64,000 bases of DNA from Patescibacteria group bacterium (GCA_004321885.1 SCQK01000007.1:128001-192000), one strand, 5' to 3'; numbered from the stretch's first letter, positions 1 through 8,222 are shown. Made by a program: numbers and translations. Notes: generated by a model not told the origin, from the sequence alone.

Positions 1-2264
1 CGCGCTGGCCGGATGCCTTAAAGCTATTAAATCAGGAACTAAACCGGCTAGTTCGCGAGGTTAAGCGCGCCAAACCGATTATTGAACGGCTATTTAAGAA
101 GGAAGCTGATTTAACTGATGCTTATCGTGAATTTGACGCGGATGTCAACAAGATAAAACTAACCTTGGCAGAAGCAAATACCAAGATATCGGCCGGCGAT
201 TTAGAAGCCGCTTTTAGCATTATTGAAATTGATTTTTTTGATCAAATAGATAACGTGGAACAAAATTACCGCTCCATAATTATCATAAGCAATTTAGGCC
301 GCTTTGCTTCCTATCTTAAACAAAACATTACCACAAGCCAAAACGAAATTAAGTCGTTGAAGAAAAAAGGCATTGATGCGAGCGAACTTCAGGATTTGTT
401 AAGTCATATCAAGACCAACGGCAACGATGTTTTGGCATTGATAAAAGCCAAACCCATTGACGAGGATGCGATTCTTTCCGGAATTCAAGAGATGGACGAA
501 TTAAAACAGGATTTTTCCGACAAAGTAAGCGAAGTTACCGATGGAGAAGAGATGTCGTGGGGTAAAGATGGCAGTTTTTTTTCTAAAACAGAACTATCTT
601 CAAAGGCTGTAGAAGCAATAAGTTGGCTACAGAAACAAGTTAACTGGACCGCCTCTGTTCCTGTAACGAGCATGGATGTTCCATCAAGTGAAACAACATT
701 GACCGCGCCTCAGTCTGGTAATCAATCAACCTCAACACCTTCAAGCGCCACACCGGCAACACCAGCCACTCCAGCGGTCTCTTCTTCTGTCAGCGCCGCC
801 CCGGCTTCACCGGCGGTTCCAGCCACGCCCGCACAACCAGCATTAACCGCAGACACGACGGTTCCTTCCACGCCCACAAATCTAACCGCTAATTCTTCCA
901 GTTCTGTTCAAATTAATCTGGCTTGGACCGCTTCAACAGATAATGTTGGTGTGACTGGTTATCGCATCTATCGCGGAGGCGTCCAAATGGGCACTTCAAA
1001 TACCACTAATTATTCCGATACAGGACTTTCTTCGTTAACTACTTATTCTTATACTGTGGCGGCTTATGATGCGGCTGGTAATGTTTCTCCTCAATCAACT
1101 TCGGCAAGCGCCACAACACAGGCATTAGACACAACTCCGCCTGTCATCTCCTCGGTTTCAGTATCTCTTACCTCCGATTCTGCCACCATTACTTGGACAA
1201 CCAATGAATCTTCTGATTCACAAGCGAGTTATGGGTTGACATCCTCATATGGCAATACAACTCCATTGAACTCTTCTCCGGTTGTTTGGCATTCTGTTTC
1301 GCTTTCAAATTTAACTGGTGGCACAACTTTTCATTACAAAGTAATCTCCACAGATGGTTCAGGGAATAAAACCGAAAGCGGAGATGCAACTTTTACAACA
1401 ACATCTTCTGTCTTGCCAGCACCGAGTTTTCTTACGAAATGGGGTTCTCGGGGTTCTGATAATGGACAGTTTAATTCTCCTTTCGGTATCGCCGTAGATG
1501 CCAGTGGCAATGTTTATGTGGTGGACAGCCACAATCACCGTATTCAGAAATTCACCAGCAATGGCGTGTTTACCACCAAGTGGGGCTCTTCGGGTTCTGG
1601 CGACGGGCAGTTTTCTTACCCTTTCAGCATCGCCGTAAATGCCAGTGGTAATATTTATGTGACGGATGACAATAAGCATATTCAAAAATTTACCAACGAC
1701 GGCACCTTTATCCTCAAATGGGGCTCTTATGGTTCTGGTAATGAGCAGTTTTCTAGTCCTGAGGCTATCGCCGTAGATGCCGGTGGCAATGTTTATGTGG
1801 TGGACAGACCTAATAACCGCGTCCAAAAATTTACTGGGGATGGCACATTTATTACTAAGTGGGGCTCTTCGGGTTCTGGCGACGGGCAGTTTCAAGATCC
1901 TCGTGGTATCGCCATAGATGGTAGTGGCAATGTTTATGTGGTGGATTCCTCCAATAGCCGTGTCCAAAAATTTACTAGCGATGGCGCTTTTATCACTAAG
2001 TGGGGCTCTTCGGGTTCTGGCGATGGACAGTTTTTTACTCCTTTCAATATCGCCGTAGATGCCAGTGGCAATGTTTATGTGGCGGACGGCTACAATAATC
2101 GTGTTCAAAAATTTACCAGCAATGGCGTGTTTATCACCAAGTGGGGCTCTTCGGGTTCTGGCGATGGACAGTTTTCCCTTCCTCGTGGTATCGCCATAGA
2201 TGGTAGTGGCAATGCCTACGTGACGGAAGCCGACAACAGCCGCGTCCAAAAATTCGCTCCGTAA
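1..2264 (+). CDS. 5'-partial surface protein: Ser/Thr/Pro-rich linker, two fibronectin-III-like domains, six NHL (six-bladed beta-propeller) repeats
   Basis: The reading frame is open from the window edge; the track's 165 start is a TTG and there is no in-frame ATG. Six repeats of the form KWGSSGSGDGQF..P.GIAVD.SGNVYV.D..N.RVQKFT are typical NHL blades. Upstream are Fn3-like 'WTASTDNVGVTGYRIYR' and 'ITWTTNESSDSQASYG' segments and an STPA-rich linker. Confidence 0.75.
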   Translation, partial: RWPDALKLLNQELNRLVREVKRAKPIIERLFKKEADLTDAYREFDADVNKIKLTLAEANTKISAGDLEAAFSIIEIDFFDQIDNVEQNYRSIIIISNLGRFASYLKQNITTSQNEIKSLKKKGIDASELQDLLSHIKTNGNDVLALIKAKPIDEDAILSGIQEMDELKQDFSDKVSEVTDGEEMSWGKDGSFFSKTELSSKAVEAISWLQKQVNWTASVPVTSMDVPSSETTLTAPQSGNQSTSTPSSATPATPATPAVSSSVSAAPASPAVPATPAQPALTADTTVPSTPTNLTANSSSSVQINLAWTASTDNVGVTGYRIYRGGVQMGTSNTTNYSDTGLSSLTTYSYTVAAYDAAGNVSPQSTSASATTQALDTTPPVISSVSVSLTSDSATITWTTNESSDSQASYGLTSSYGNTTPLNSSPVVWHSVSLSNLTGGTTFHYKVISTDGSGNKTESGDATFTTTSSVLPAPSFLTKWGSRGSDNGQFNSPFGIAVDASGNVYVVDSHNHRIQKFTSNGVFTTKWGSSGSGDGQFSYPFSIAVNASGNIYVTDDNKHIQKFTNDGTFILKWGSYGSGNEQFSSPEAIAVDAGGNVYVVDRPNNRVQKFTGDGTFITKWGSSGSGDGQFQDPRGIAIDGSGNVYVVDSSNSRVQKFTSDGAFITKWGSSGSGDGQFFTPFNIAVDASGNVYVADGYNNRVQKFTSNGVFITKWGSSGSGDGQFSLPRGIAIDGSGNAYVTEADNSRVQKFAP
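1426..2264 (+). repeat. six tandem ~141-bp near-identical DNA repeats, each encoding one NHL blade
   Basis: 'aagtggggctcttcgggttctggcga(c/t)gg(g/a)cagttt' recurs with a period of 141 nt. Confidence 0.8.
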
Positions 2265-2320
2265 AACAATTAGACCGTTATTAACAAAAAAATTCCGCTT
2301 AAACGGGGCTTGTGGACTGT

Positions 2321-2353
2321 TTACTTCCAAATAGCCAATGTTTGTGGTATAAT
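2321..2353 (+). promoter_or_regulatory. sigma70-like promoter with extended -10 (TGgTATAAT at 2345-2353) for the HU gene
   Basis: TGnTATAAT lies 54 nt upstream of the HU ATG and is followed by a GC-rich short leader. Confidence 0.45.
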
Positions 2354-2406
2354 AAATCCAGTTAATTCTTAACTTGGGCTTGCGCCCTGCGCGGCCCGCA
2401 ATATAT

Positions 2407-2688
2407 ATGGCAGGTTTGACGAAGTCAGCCCTGTTGTCCGCCCTGGCGGAGACAACCGGTCTGGCCAAGAAAGACGTCGTCGGCCTCATGGACGCCATGA
2501 TGGAATTGGCGTACAAAGAGGTCAAGAAAAGCGGGGTATTCGTGGTGCCCGGCTTGGGCAAGCTGGTAAAGGTGCATCGCGCCGCGCGCGAAGGCCGCAA
2601 TCCGGCTACCGGAGCGAGCATCCATATTCCGGCAAAAACCGTGGTGAAATTCCGCGTGGCCAAGGCCGCCAAAGAAGCGGTACTGTAA
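2407..2688 (+). CDS. hup: HU/IHF-family histone-like DNA-binding protein
   Basis: MAGLTKSALL...GVFVVPGLGKLVKVHRAAREGRNPATGASIHIPAKTVVKFR is the canonical HU arm and fold. The likely start is the internal ATG at 2407 (the track ORF starts at 2374). Confidence 0.9.
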   Translation: MAGLTKSALLSALAETTGLAKKDVVGLMDAMMELAYKEVKKSGVFVVPGLGKLVKVHRAAREGRNPATGASIHIPAKTVVKFRVAKAAKEAVL

Positions 2689-2702
2689 AAATTACGTAAA
2701 TT

Positions 2703-2736
2703 AAAAAGACCTCGATTTAACCGGGGTCTTTTTAAT
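2703..2736. terminator. bidirectional rho-independent terminator between convergent genes
   Basis: aaaaGACC-tcgatttaaccgg-GGTCttttt: a stem flanked by an A-run and a T-run. Confidence 0.5.
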
Positions 2737-2742
2737 TTGTTG

Positions 2743-3138
2743 CTAAAATTTGAATTTCTCTCCGTATTGGCCGAGAAGCGGCAGTGGTTCTTGTTTCCCG
2801 CCCAAAGCGTTCATGATGCCCAAAATCAAGAGAATCAACAAACCAATGGAAGCCAACCAGCCCACCACCCAACCGATAAAAGGAATCATAGCGATAATCC
2901 AGGTAACGACCCAGCCAAGGAACAAAGTCAGCCCCTGCTTCACGTGATATTTCACGAACGGATCATTCTTCGCGTCCGTGAGCAGAGGCACGAAGAAAAT
3001 AAGATAAGCGACCACGGCCATGCCGGTATTTTTTTGCGCCTGATTGGGCTGCGGCGGCTGTGCCGGCGGTTGAGGCGGCGGCGTTGGCTGCGGCTGTGGC
3101 GCCGAGGTCGGCGTTTGTCCCATTTGGTTCTCGTCCAT
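2743..3138 (-). CDS. small membrane protein with a Pro/Gln-rich N-terminus and two TM helices (DUF4870/Yip1-like)
   Basis: PQPQPTPPPQPPAQPPQP low-complexity segment, then FVKYHVKQGLTLFLGWVV...IGWVVGWLASIGLLILLILG hydrophobic helices. Confidence 0.6.
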   Translation of the reverse strand: MDENQMGQTPTSAPQPQPTPPPQPPAQPPQPNQAQKNTGMAVVAYLIFFVPLLTDAKNDPFVKYHVKQGLTLFLGWVVTWIIAMIPFIGWVVGWLASIGLLILLILGIMNALGGKQEPLPLLGQYGEKFKF

Positions 3139-3216
3139 AGAGGAAAAAATTAATGACTAAGATAGAGATATGATACACCTTGAACAAAAAACGGGCAATA
3201 GCAAATACCGAGCGCG

Positions 3217-3246
3217 TTGACATCAGCCCTTTTTTTAGGGTATTAT
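3217..3246 (+). promoter_or_regulatory. promoter TTGACA-18-TATTAT directly upstream of the tRNA cluster and tsaD
   Basis: ttgaca at 3217-3222 and tattat at 3241-3246; the tRNA 5' end (3256) is about 10 nt downstream. Confidence 0.5.
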
Positions 3247-3286
3247 TAAGCCAATGTCAGGGTAGCTCAGTTGGTAAGAGCACAGG

Positions 3287-3404
3287 ATTCACCCTCCCAC
3301 CAAAATGGCTGGGTAGCTCAGTTGGTAAGAGCACGGGATTCATAACCCCGAGGTCGGCAGTTCGATTCTGCCCCCAGTCACGATTGTTTGGTGGGAGGGT
3401 GAAT
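3287..3404 (+). repeat. 18-bp perfect inverted repeats (ATTCACCCTCCCACCAAA / TTTGGTGGGAGGGTGAAT) bracketing the inner tRNA inside the anticodon loop of the outer tRNA
   Basis: 3287-3304 is the exact reverse complement of 3387-3404. Confidence 0.9.
3307..3380 (+). tRNA. complete tRNA(CAU), elongator Met or Ile2 type
   Basis: GGCTGGG-TA-GCTC-AGTTGGTAA-GAGC-A-CGGGA-TTCATAA-CCCCG-AGGTC-GGCAG-TTCGATT-CTGCC-CCCAGTC-A. The acceptor stem has one G-U pair. There is no 1-72 mismatch, so this is not an initiator. Confidence 0.8.
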
Positions 3405-3445
3405 AACCCTGAGGTCGAGGGTTCGACTCCCTCCCCTGACACTAT

Positions 3446-4529
3446 GCTTCTGTTAGGCATAGAGTCATCTTGCGACGATACTTCAGTGGCCCTGGTCGCC
3501 TGCGGCGAACGGGGCTGTTTTGTGGTTGCCGAAAAAACCGCTTCGCAAACCGCGCTCCATAAAAAATACGGGGGCGTGGTGCCGGAAATAGCCGGGCGGG
3601 CGCACGCGGAAAAAATCGTGCCCCTGATTGAGGCGGTTCTGCGAGGAAAAAAGCCGGATGTTATCGCCGTAACCGCCGGACCCGGATTGATTACCGGTTT
3701 GCTGGTTGGCGTGGAAGCGGCGCGCGTTTTGTCATACGCGTGGAATGTGCCGCTATTGGCGGTAAATCATATTGAAGGGCACATCTATTCCGTGGAATTG
3801 GAAAACGAAAAAATCAAGTTCCCCGCTCTCGCGCTTATTGCCAGCGGTGGTCATACCGAGCTGATTTTTATGAAAAACCACGGCCAGCACAAACTGCTTG
3901 GCGCCACGCGCGACGACGCGGCCGGCGAATGTTTTGACAAGGTCGCCAAACTGCTCGGTCTCCCCTACCCGGGCGGTCCGGAAATTTCTCGGCTGGCGAT
4001 TGGCGGCGACCCGGGCGCCATAAAATTTCCGCGGCCGATGATAGAAAGCGATAATTACGACTTCAGTTTTGCCGGATTAAAAACCGCGGCGCTGTATTGG
4101 TTAAGGGATAATGTCATTGCGAGGCCTGAAAGGCCGAAGCAATCCCCCACAATCAAGCAAGGGATTGCTTCGCTTCGTTCCACTTCGCTCGCAATGACAA
4201 TGAATGATTTCTGCGCCAGTTTTGAGCAAGCGATAGTAGACGTCTTGGTCGCGAAAACTCTGAAAGCGGCCAGACAATACAAACCGAAAACCGTTATTCT
4301 TGCTGGCGGGGTTTCGGCGAACAAGAAACTTCGCTCTGCGCTTGAAAAGGCAATAAAAACTCTCGCTCCAATTACCAATTTCCAATTACCAATTTCCAAT
4401 TATTGTATGGACAACGCGGCCATGCTCGCCGTGGCCGGATATTATCGCGCGAAGAAAAAAAATTTCACTGATTGGAAAAAAATCCAAGCTGACCCGAATT
4501 GGACGATTTCTGGATTCCCCCGTACTTAG
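3446..4529 (+). CDS. tsaD: tRNA N6-adenosine threonylcarbamoyltransferase TsaD (Kae1/TsaD family)
   Basis: MLLLGIESSCDDTSVALV...AVNHIEGHIY...GGVSAN. The start is at 3446, not the track's 3180, which would run through the tRNAs. It carries two in-frame repeat insertions (4112-4199 and 4368-4402), and its last codons and stop lie inside repeat 4512-4543. Confidence 0.9.
4112..4199. repeat. family C long palindromic element (TGTCATTGCGAGGCCTGAAAGGCCGAAGCAATCCC...GGGATTGCTTCG...GCAATGACA) inserted in-frame in tsaD
   Basis: A near-identical copy lies at 27761-27838, and a half copy at 59138-59165. Confidence 0.85.
4368..4402. repeat. family B heptamer array (CCAATT[A/T])5, the complement of (GGAAATT)n, in-frame in tsaD; encodes ITNFQLPISNY
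   Basis: Direct heptamer tandem array; the same unit is present at 26432, 28424, 28866 and 59164. Confidence 0.85.
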
Positions 4530-4543
4530 TCGGGGGAATGACA
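4512..4543. repeat. family C hairpin GGATTCCCCCGTACTTAGTCGGGGGAATGACA; supplies the last 5 codons and stop of tsaD and lies between tsaD and dnaE
   Basis: Identical copies at 26832-26863 and 33789-33819. Confidence 0.85.
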
Positions 4544-4551
4544 AACTTGCG

Positions 4552-7500
4552 TTAAATATTCACCCGCGGGCCCAGCACAGTGCCCCTGCCCAAAAGCGCT
4601 TCCAGTTCTTCCAGTAAATTTTCTTTGAGCTCCACCGAATACGAGGTCTTGATAATTTTATGACTAACGGACAAAAATACTTTTCTGTTCCCCGGATACT
4701 TTGCTAAAATCGCTTTGATGACGTTGGCTTTTTCTTTGAGCACACTTTTATCCACTGATATTTTCAAACCATCCAGCGCCTCTTCGCCAACGCGCGGCCG
4801 CACCTCGCTGGCAATCTCTTCCTCGGGCGCATAGCGGCGCACCGAGGGATAGGCGTGGTTTACTAATAGCTGTCCGGCCAAATCTTTGGCGTTTTCTTTG
4901 GTAAGCAAATAGGCCTTTTCCACGAACAGCTTGTCATCACCCTCTTCTTTGGAGGTCCGGCCCACCACGGCCACGGGCTTGCCTTCCTGCCACACCTCTT
5001 TGGTGCTTTCCAACGTGCGCGGGAAAACCAATAATTCCAGATTGCCGCTCGTGTCGCCGATGGTAACAAAAAGCATGGGCTGGCCCTGGCGCGTGATTTT
5101 TTTCTTCACACTTTCCACCATGCCGCCCACTGTTACCCAACTGTCGCGCGGCTGGCCGCCGAGCTCGCGAACCGGCGTCAGCGCCCTGGTCATCTCTTCG
5201 GCGAAATACGCGAACGGATGGGCGGTAACGTACAAACCGAGCAGTTCTTTTTCCCAGGATAATTTTTCTTCCTCGGTGGCTACCAGCGCCGGAGCCAGTG
5301 TTACTTTGGCGGCCAATTCAATGGCCGTGCCCATAAACAGCGAATTTTGGTTAGATACGCGCTTTTCCTGCGTTTGCTTGATGAAGCTCAATAAATTTTC
5401 AATGTTGGCCAAAAGTAATCCCCGGTCGTGGCCAAAGCAATCAAGCGCCCCGCATTTGAGCAAACTCTCCAATGATTTTTTGTTCAAATCCTTGTCTTGC
5501 ACGCGCGACAAAAAGTTTTCCAAATTTTCGTAGCGGCCGTTGTTCTTTCGTTCGCGATAAATCACCTCGGCGATATGCTCTCCCAAATTTTTGATGCCGT
5601 TGAGACCGAAACGGATATGGGCTTTTGTTTCGCCCTCAGACGCAATCATCGCGAAACTCTTAAAGCTCTCGTTTATATCCGGCGGCAAAACCTTGAGCCC
5701 CATGCGCTCGCACTCGGCGATGATTTCCGGCACCTTGTCTATGTCTCCGCTTTCGGCGATTAAAACTGCGGTCATGTACTGAATCGGAAAATTCGCTTTC
5801 ATGTAGGCGGTCTGGTACGCGACTATCGCGTAACTTGCGGCATGGCTTTTATTGAATCCGTAAGCCGCGAACGGCTCTATCAATTCCCACAAACGGTGAA
5901 TTTTTATCTCTTTGATTTTGCCGTGCTCCACACAGCCCTTAAAAAACTTATCCTTTTGCTTGGCCATTTCCGCCGGAATTTTTTTGCCCATGGCTTTTCT
6001 GAACTTATCGGCCTCTTCCCAATTATAGCCGGCTAAATTTATAGCTGTGAGCAAGACATCGTCCTGATAAACAATCAGGCCCAGCGATTGGTCCAAATAG
6101 TCCTTCATGCGCGGGTCAAGGTAATCTATCAGCTCGGGATGATTTTTGCGCCGGATATATTCGGGAATTGATTCCATTGGGCCCGGACGGAAAAGCGCCA
6201 CCATGGCCATGATGTCAAAAATTGATTCGGGCTTTAGCTCTTTCAAATAGCGCGTCATGCCCGAGCCGGAAAGCTGGAACACGCCCACGGTTTCCCCGCG
6301 CGCCAGCATTTCGTAAGTTTTCTTATCGTTCCAGGGATACAAATTTTCCAGGTTGATTTTTTGCCCGGTGGTTTTTTCCACGATTTCCACGGCATGCCCC
6401 AAAATGGAAAGATTGCGGATGCCCAAAAAGTCCATTTTAAGCAGGCCGGCCGCTTCCACAGAATGCATTTCATACTGAGTGGTCACGCGCTCGCCGCCGG
6501 TCTCTCTTTGCACCGGCGTAAAGTCGGTCAGCGGGGTCGGAGCGATGACTACGCCGGCCGCGTGGATGGAAGTATGCCGGCCGCACCCCTCTATTTTTTG
6601 CGCCAAATCCAACAGCCGTTTGGCCTCGGCATTTTTGTCATACAATTCTTTCAACGCCGGTTCCAGCTCTATGGCGCGCGCGATAGTCATGTGAAACCCC
6701 TGGGCGCCAAAGGGAATAAGCTTAGCCACCTGGTCGCAAAAAGAATAGGAGTAGCCCAGGGCCCGGCCCACGTCGCGCACAGCCCCGCGCGCGAGCATGG
6801 TGCCGAAGGTGATAATCTGCGCCACCTTGTCGGCCCCGTATTTTTGCGTGACATAGGCAATCATTTCGTCGCGGCGATCGTCGGCAAAATCCGCGTCAAT
6901 ATCGGGCGGGCTGGGACGGAATGGATTTAAGAAACGTTCAAAAGGCAGTTTGAAAAAAAGCGGATTGGCATTGACAATACCCATGGCATAGGACACGATG
7001 GAGCCGGCGGCCGAGCCCCTGGTGGTTTCAATTATCCCGTGCTCGTGCGCGTAATTCACATAATCGGCCACAGCCAAAAAATACGGCGAATAACCTTTTT
7101 TGCAAATCACATCTAACTCATATTCCACGCGCGTTTTTACTTCAGCCGTAATTTCTAAGAGCTTGGGCAGGCGCTCGTACACCTGTTCGCGCAAATACTG
7201 GTCGGCTGTTTTACCCTCCGGGATGACAATGGGCGGAAAATGCCATTTATTCAGCTGTAATTTCAGGTCCACCCGCTCAGCGATTTTGACGGTATTGGCC
7301 AGGGCCTCGGGCGCGTGGCGAAAGCGGCTCGCGATTTCTTCGGCCGGGCACAGCGACAAATCCATTCCCGCCATGGTGCGGCGGTTCGGTTCGTCCAGGG
7401 TTTTACCGTCGCGGATGCAGGTCACAATATCCTGGGCCTCGGCGTCCGCGGGGTTAAGGTAGTGCGCGTCGCGCGTTACGATAAGCCCTACGCCGGTGTC

Positions 7501-8085
7501 GGCCGACAGTTGAACAAGTTTTGTGTTCAAGTCCATCTGCCCTTCCAAAGCCGGCAAATCCATCAGCTCCAGATAAAAATTCTCTTTGCCAAAAATAGCT
7601 TCGTATTCCAGCGCGGTCTTTTTCGCCTTTTCGTAATTGTTTTCTTTGAGCAAATTATGCGCCACCTCGCCGTGCATGCAAGCCGAAGCCGCCAGCAGGC
7701 CATCGTGATACTGGCGCAGGAGTTCTTTGTCCAGCCGCGGTTTGTAATAAAAGCCCTCCAAATGTCCCAGCGAGGACAGCTTCATTAAATTTTTGTAGCC
7801 GGCGTAATTTAACGCCAGAAGCAGAAGGTGAAAATATTTTTGGTCATTGGGATTTTTTTCAAAACGGCTGTTGGGCGCCAAATACGCTTCCATGCCAATG
7901 ATGGGCTTGATGCCCTCTTTGCGGCAGGCCTCGTAGAATTCAATGGCCCCGTACATGTTGCCGTGGTCCGTCAGAGCGAGTGCCGAAAAACCGCGCGCCT
8001 TGGCGGTTTTCACCAGCTCATCTATTTTCGGCAGACCATCCAACAGCGAATAATGGGAGTGGACGTGGAGGTGGACAAAAGACAT
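4552..8085 (-). CDS. dnaE: DNA polymerase III alpha subunit
   Basis: PHP domain MSFVHLHVHSHYSLLDG; 1177 aa; full-length similarity pattern. Confidence 0.95.
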   Translation of the reverse strand: MSFVHLHVHSHYSLLDGLPKIDELVKTAKARGFSALALTDHGNMYGAIEFYEACRKEGIKPIIGMEAYLAPNSRFEKNPNDQKYFHLLLLALNYAGYKNLMKLSSLGHLEGFYYKPRLDKELLRQYHDGLLAASACMHGEVAHNLLKENNYEKAKKTALEYEAIFGKENFYLELMDLPALEGQMDLNTKLVQLSADTGVGLIVTRDAHYLNPADAEAQDIVTCIRDGKTLDEPNRRTMAGMDLSLCPAEEIASRFRHAPEALANTVKIAERVDLKLQLNKWHFPPIVIPEGKTADQYLREQVYERLPKLLEITAEVKTRVEYELDVICKKGYSPYFLAVADYVNYAHEHGIIETTRGSAAGSIVSYAMGIVNANPLFFKLPFERFLNPFRPSPPDIDADFADDRRDEMIAYVTQKYGADKVAQIITFGTMLARGAVRDVGRALGYSYSFCDQVAKLIPFGAQGFHMTIARAIELEPALKELYDKNAEAKRLLDLAQKIEGCGRHTSIHAAGVVIAPTPLTDFTPVQRETGGERVTTQYEMHSVEAAGLLKMDFLGIRNLSILGHAVEIVEKTTGQKINLENLYPWNDKKTYEMLARGETVGVFQLSGSGMTRYLKELKPESIFDIMAMVALFRPGPMESIPEYIRRKNHPELIDYLDPRMKDYLDQSLGLIVYQDDVLLTAINLAGYNWEEADKFRKAMGKKIPAEMAKQKDKFFKGCVEHGKIKEIKIHRLWELIEPFAAYGFNKSHAASYAIVAYQTAYMKANFPIQYMTAVLIAESGDIDKVPEIIAECERMGLKVLPPDINESFKSFAMIASEGETKAHIRFGLNGIKNLGEHIAEVIYRERKNNGRYENLENFLSRVQDKDLNKKSLESLLKCGALDCFGHDRGLLLANIENLLSFIKQTQEKRVSNQNSLFMGTAIELAAKVTLAPALVATEEEKLSWEKELLGLYVTAHPFAYFAEEMTRALTPVRELGGQPRDSWVTVGGMVESVKKKITRQGQPMLFVTIGDTSGNLELLVFPRTLESTKEVWQEGKPVAVVGRTSKEEGDDKLFVEKAYLLTKENAKDLAGQLLVNHAYPSVRRYAPEEEIASEVRPRVGEEALDGLKISVDKSVLKEKANVIKAILAKYPGNRKVFLSVSHKIIKTSYSVELKENLLEELEALLGRGTVLGPRVNI

Positions 8086-8099
8086 ATTTGTGTAAAAGT

Positions 8100-8145
8100 C
8101 CCCTCCCTAATAGGGGAGGGATAAAGGGTGGGGTTAAATCGCCAC
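8100..8145. repeat. family A hairpin repeat (CCCCTCCC-TAATA-GGGGAGGG...GGGTGGGGTTAAATCGCCAC)
   Basis: Inverted repeat with an AT loop; a consensus shared with about 20 loci. Confidence 0.8.
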
Positions 8146-8180
8146 TATGTTACCTCAACTATTCTTTTTTATCAAACAAA

Positions 8181-8222
8181 AATCCCTCCCTTTTAGGGGA
8201 GGGACAGGAGCGGGCTAAATCA
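8181..8222. repeat. family A hairpin repeat
   Basis: aatccctcccttttaggggagggacaggagcgggctaaatcac. Confidence 0.8.

Larger units (their letters stand above)
3256..3441 (+). tRNA. split or intron-containing tRNA(CAU) (Met or Ile2 type): exon 1 3256-3290, exon 2 3403-3441, 112-nt intervening element
   Basis: 5' half GTCAGGG-TA-GCTC-AGTTGGTAA-GAGC-A-CAGGA-TTC; 3' half ATAA-CCCTG-AGGTC-GAGGG-TTCGACT-CCCTC-CCCTGAC-A. The acceptor arms GTCAGGG/CCCTGAC are perfectly complementary across 180 nt. Joining the halves gives the anticodon loop TTCATAA (anticodon CAT). Confidence 0.6.

Noticed and set aside
1359-2672. 437-aa ORF on the minus strand
   Set aside because: It lies antisense to the NHL-repeat gene and the HU gene, and its periodic sequence simply mirrors the 141-bp repeats. 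This is a shadow ORF.
2407-2688. HU gene as horizontally acquired because of its high GC
   Set aside because: The elevated GC is explained by its Ala/Gly/Arg/Lys-rich composition, and it is a core gene with a native-looking promoter.
3287-3404. Archaeal-type bulge-helix-bulge intron
   Set aside because: Only one 3-nt bulge (AAC, 3405-3407) would form next to the 18-bp helix, and the required exon junction falls inside the helix rather than in a bulge. Bacteria also lack the splicing endonuclease. I therefore report the structure but do not call it a BHB intron.
3180-3445. N-terminal extension of the tsaD ORF (track start 3180)
   Set aside because: The extension runs through the two tRNA(CAU) structures and the promoter. 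The conserved TsaD N-terminus MLLLGIESSCDD begins at 3446.
6361-6930. Plus-strand ORFs inside dnaE (for example 6361-6930 and 7315-7788)
   Set aside because: They are antisense to a well-supported 1177-aa dnaE and show no coding signal.
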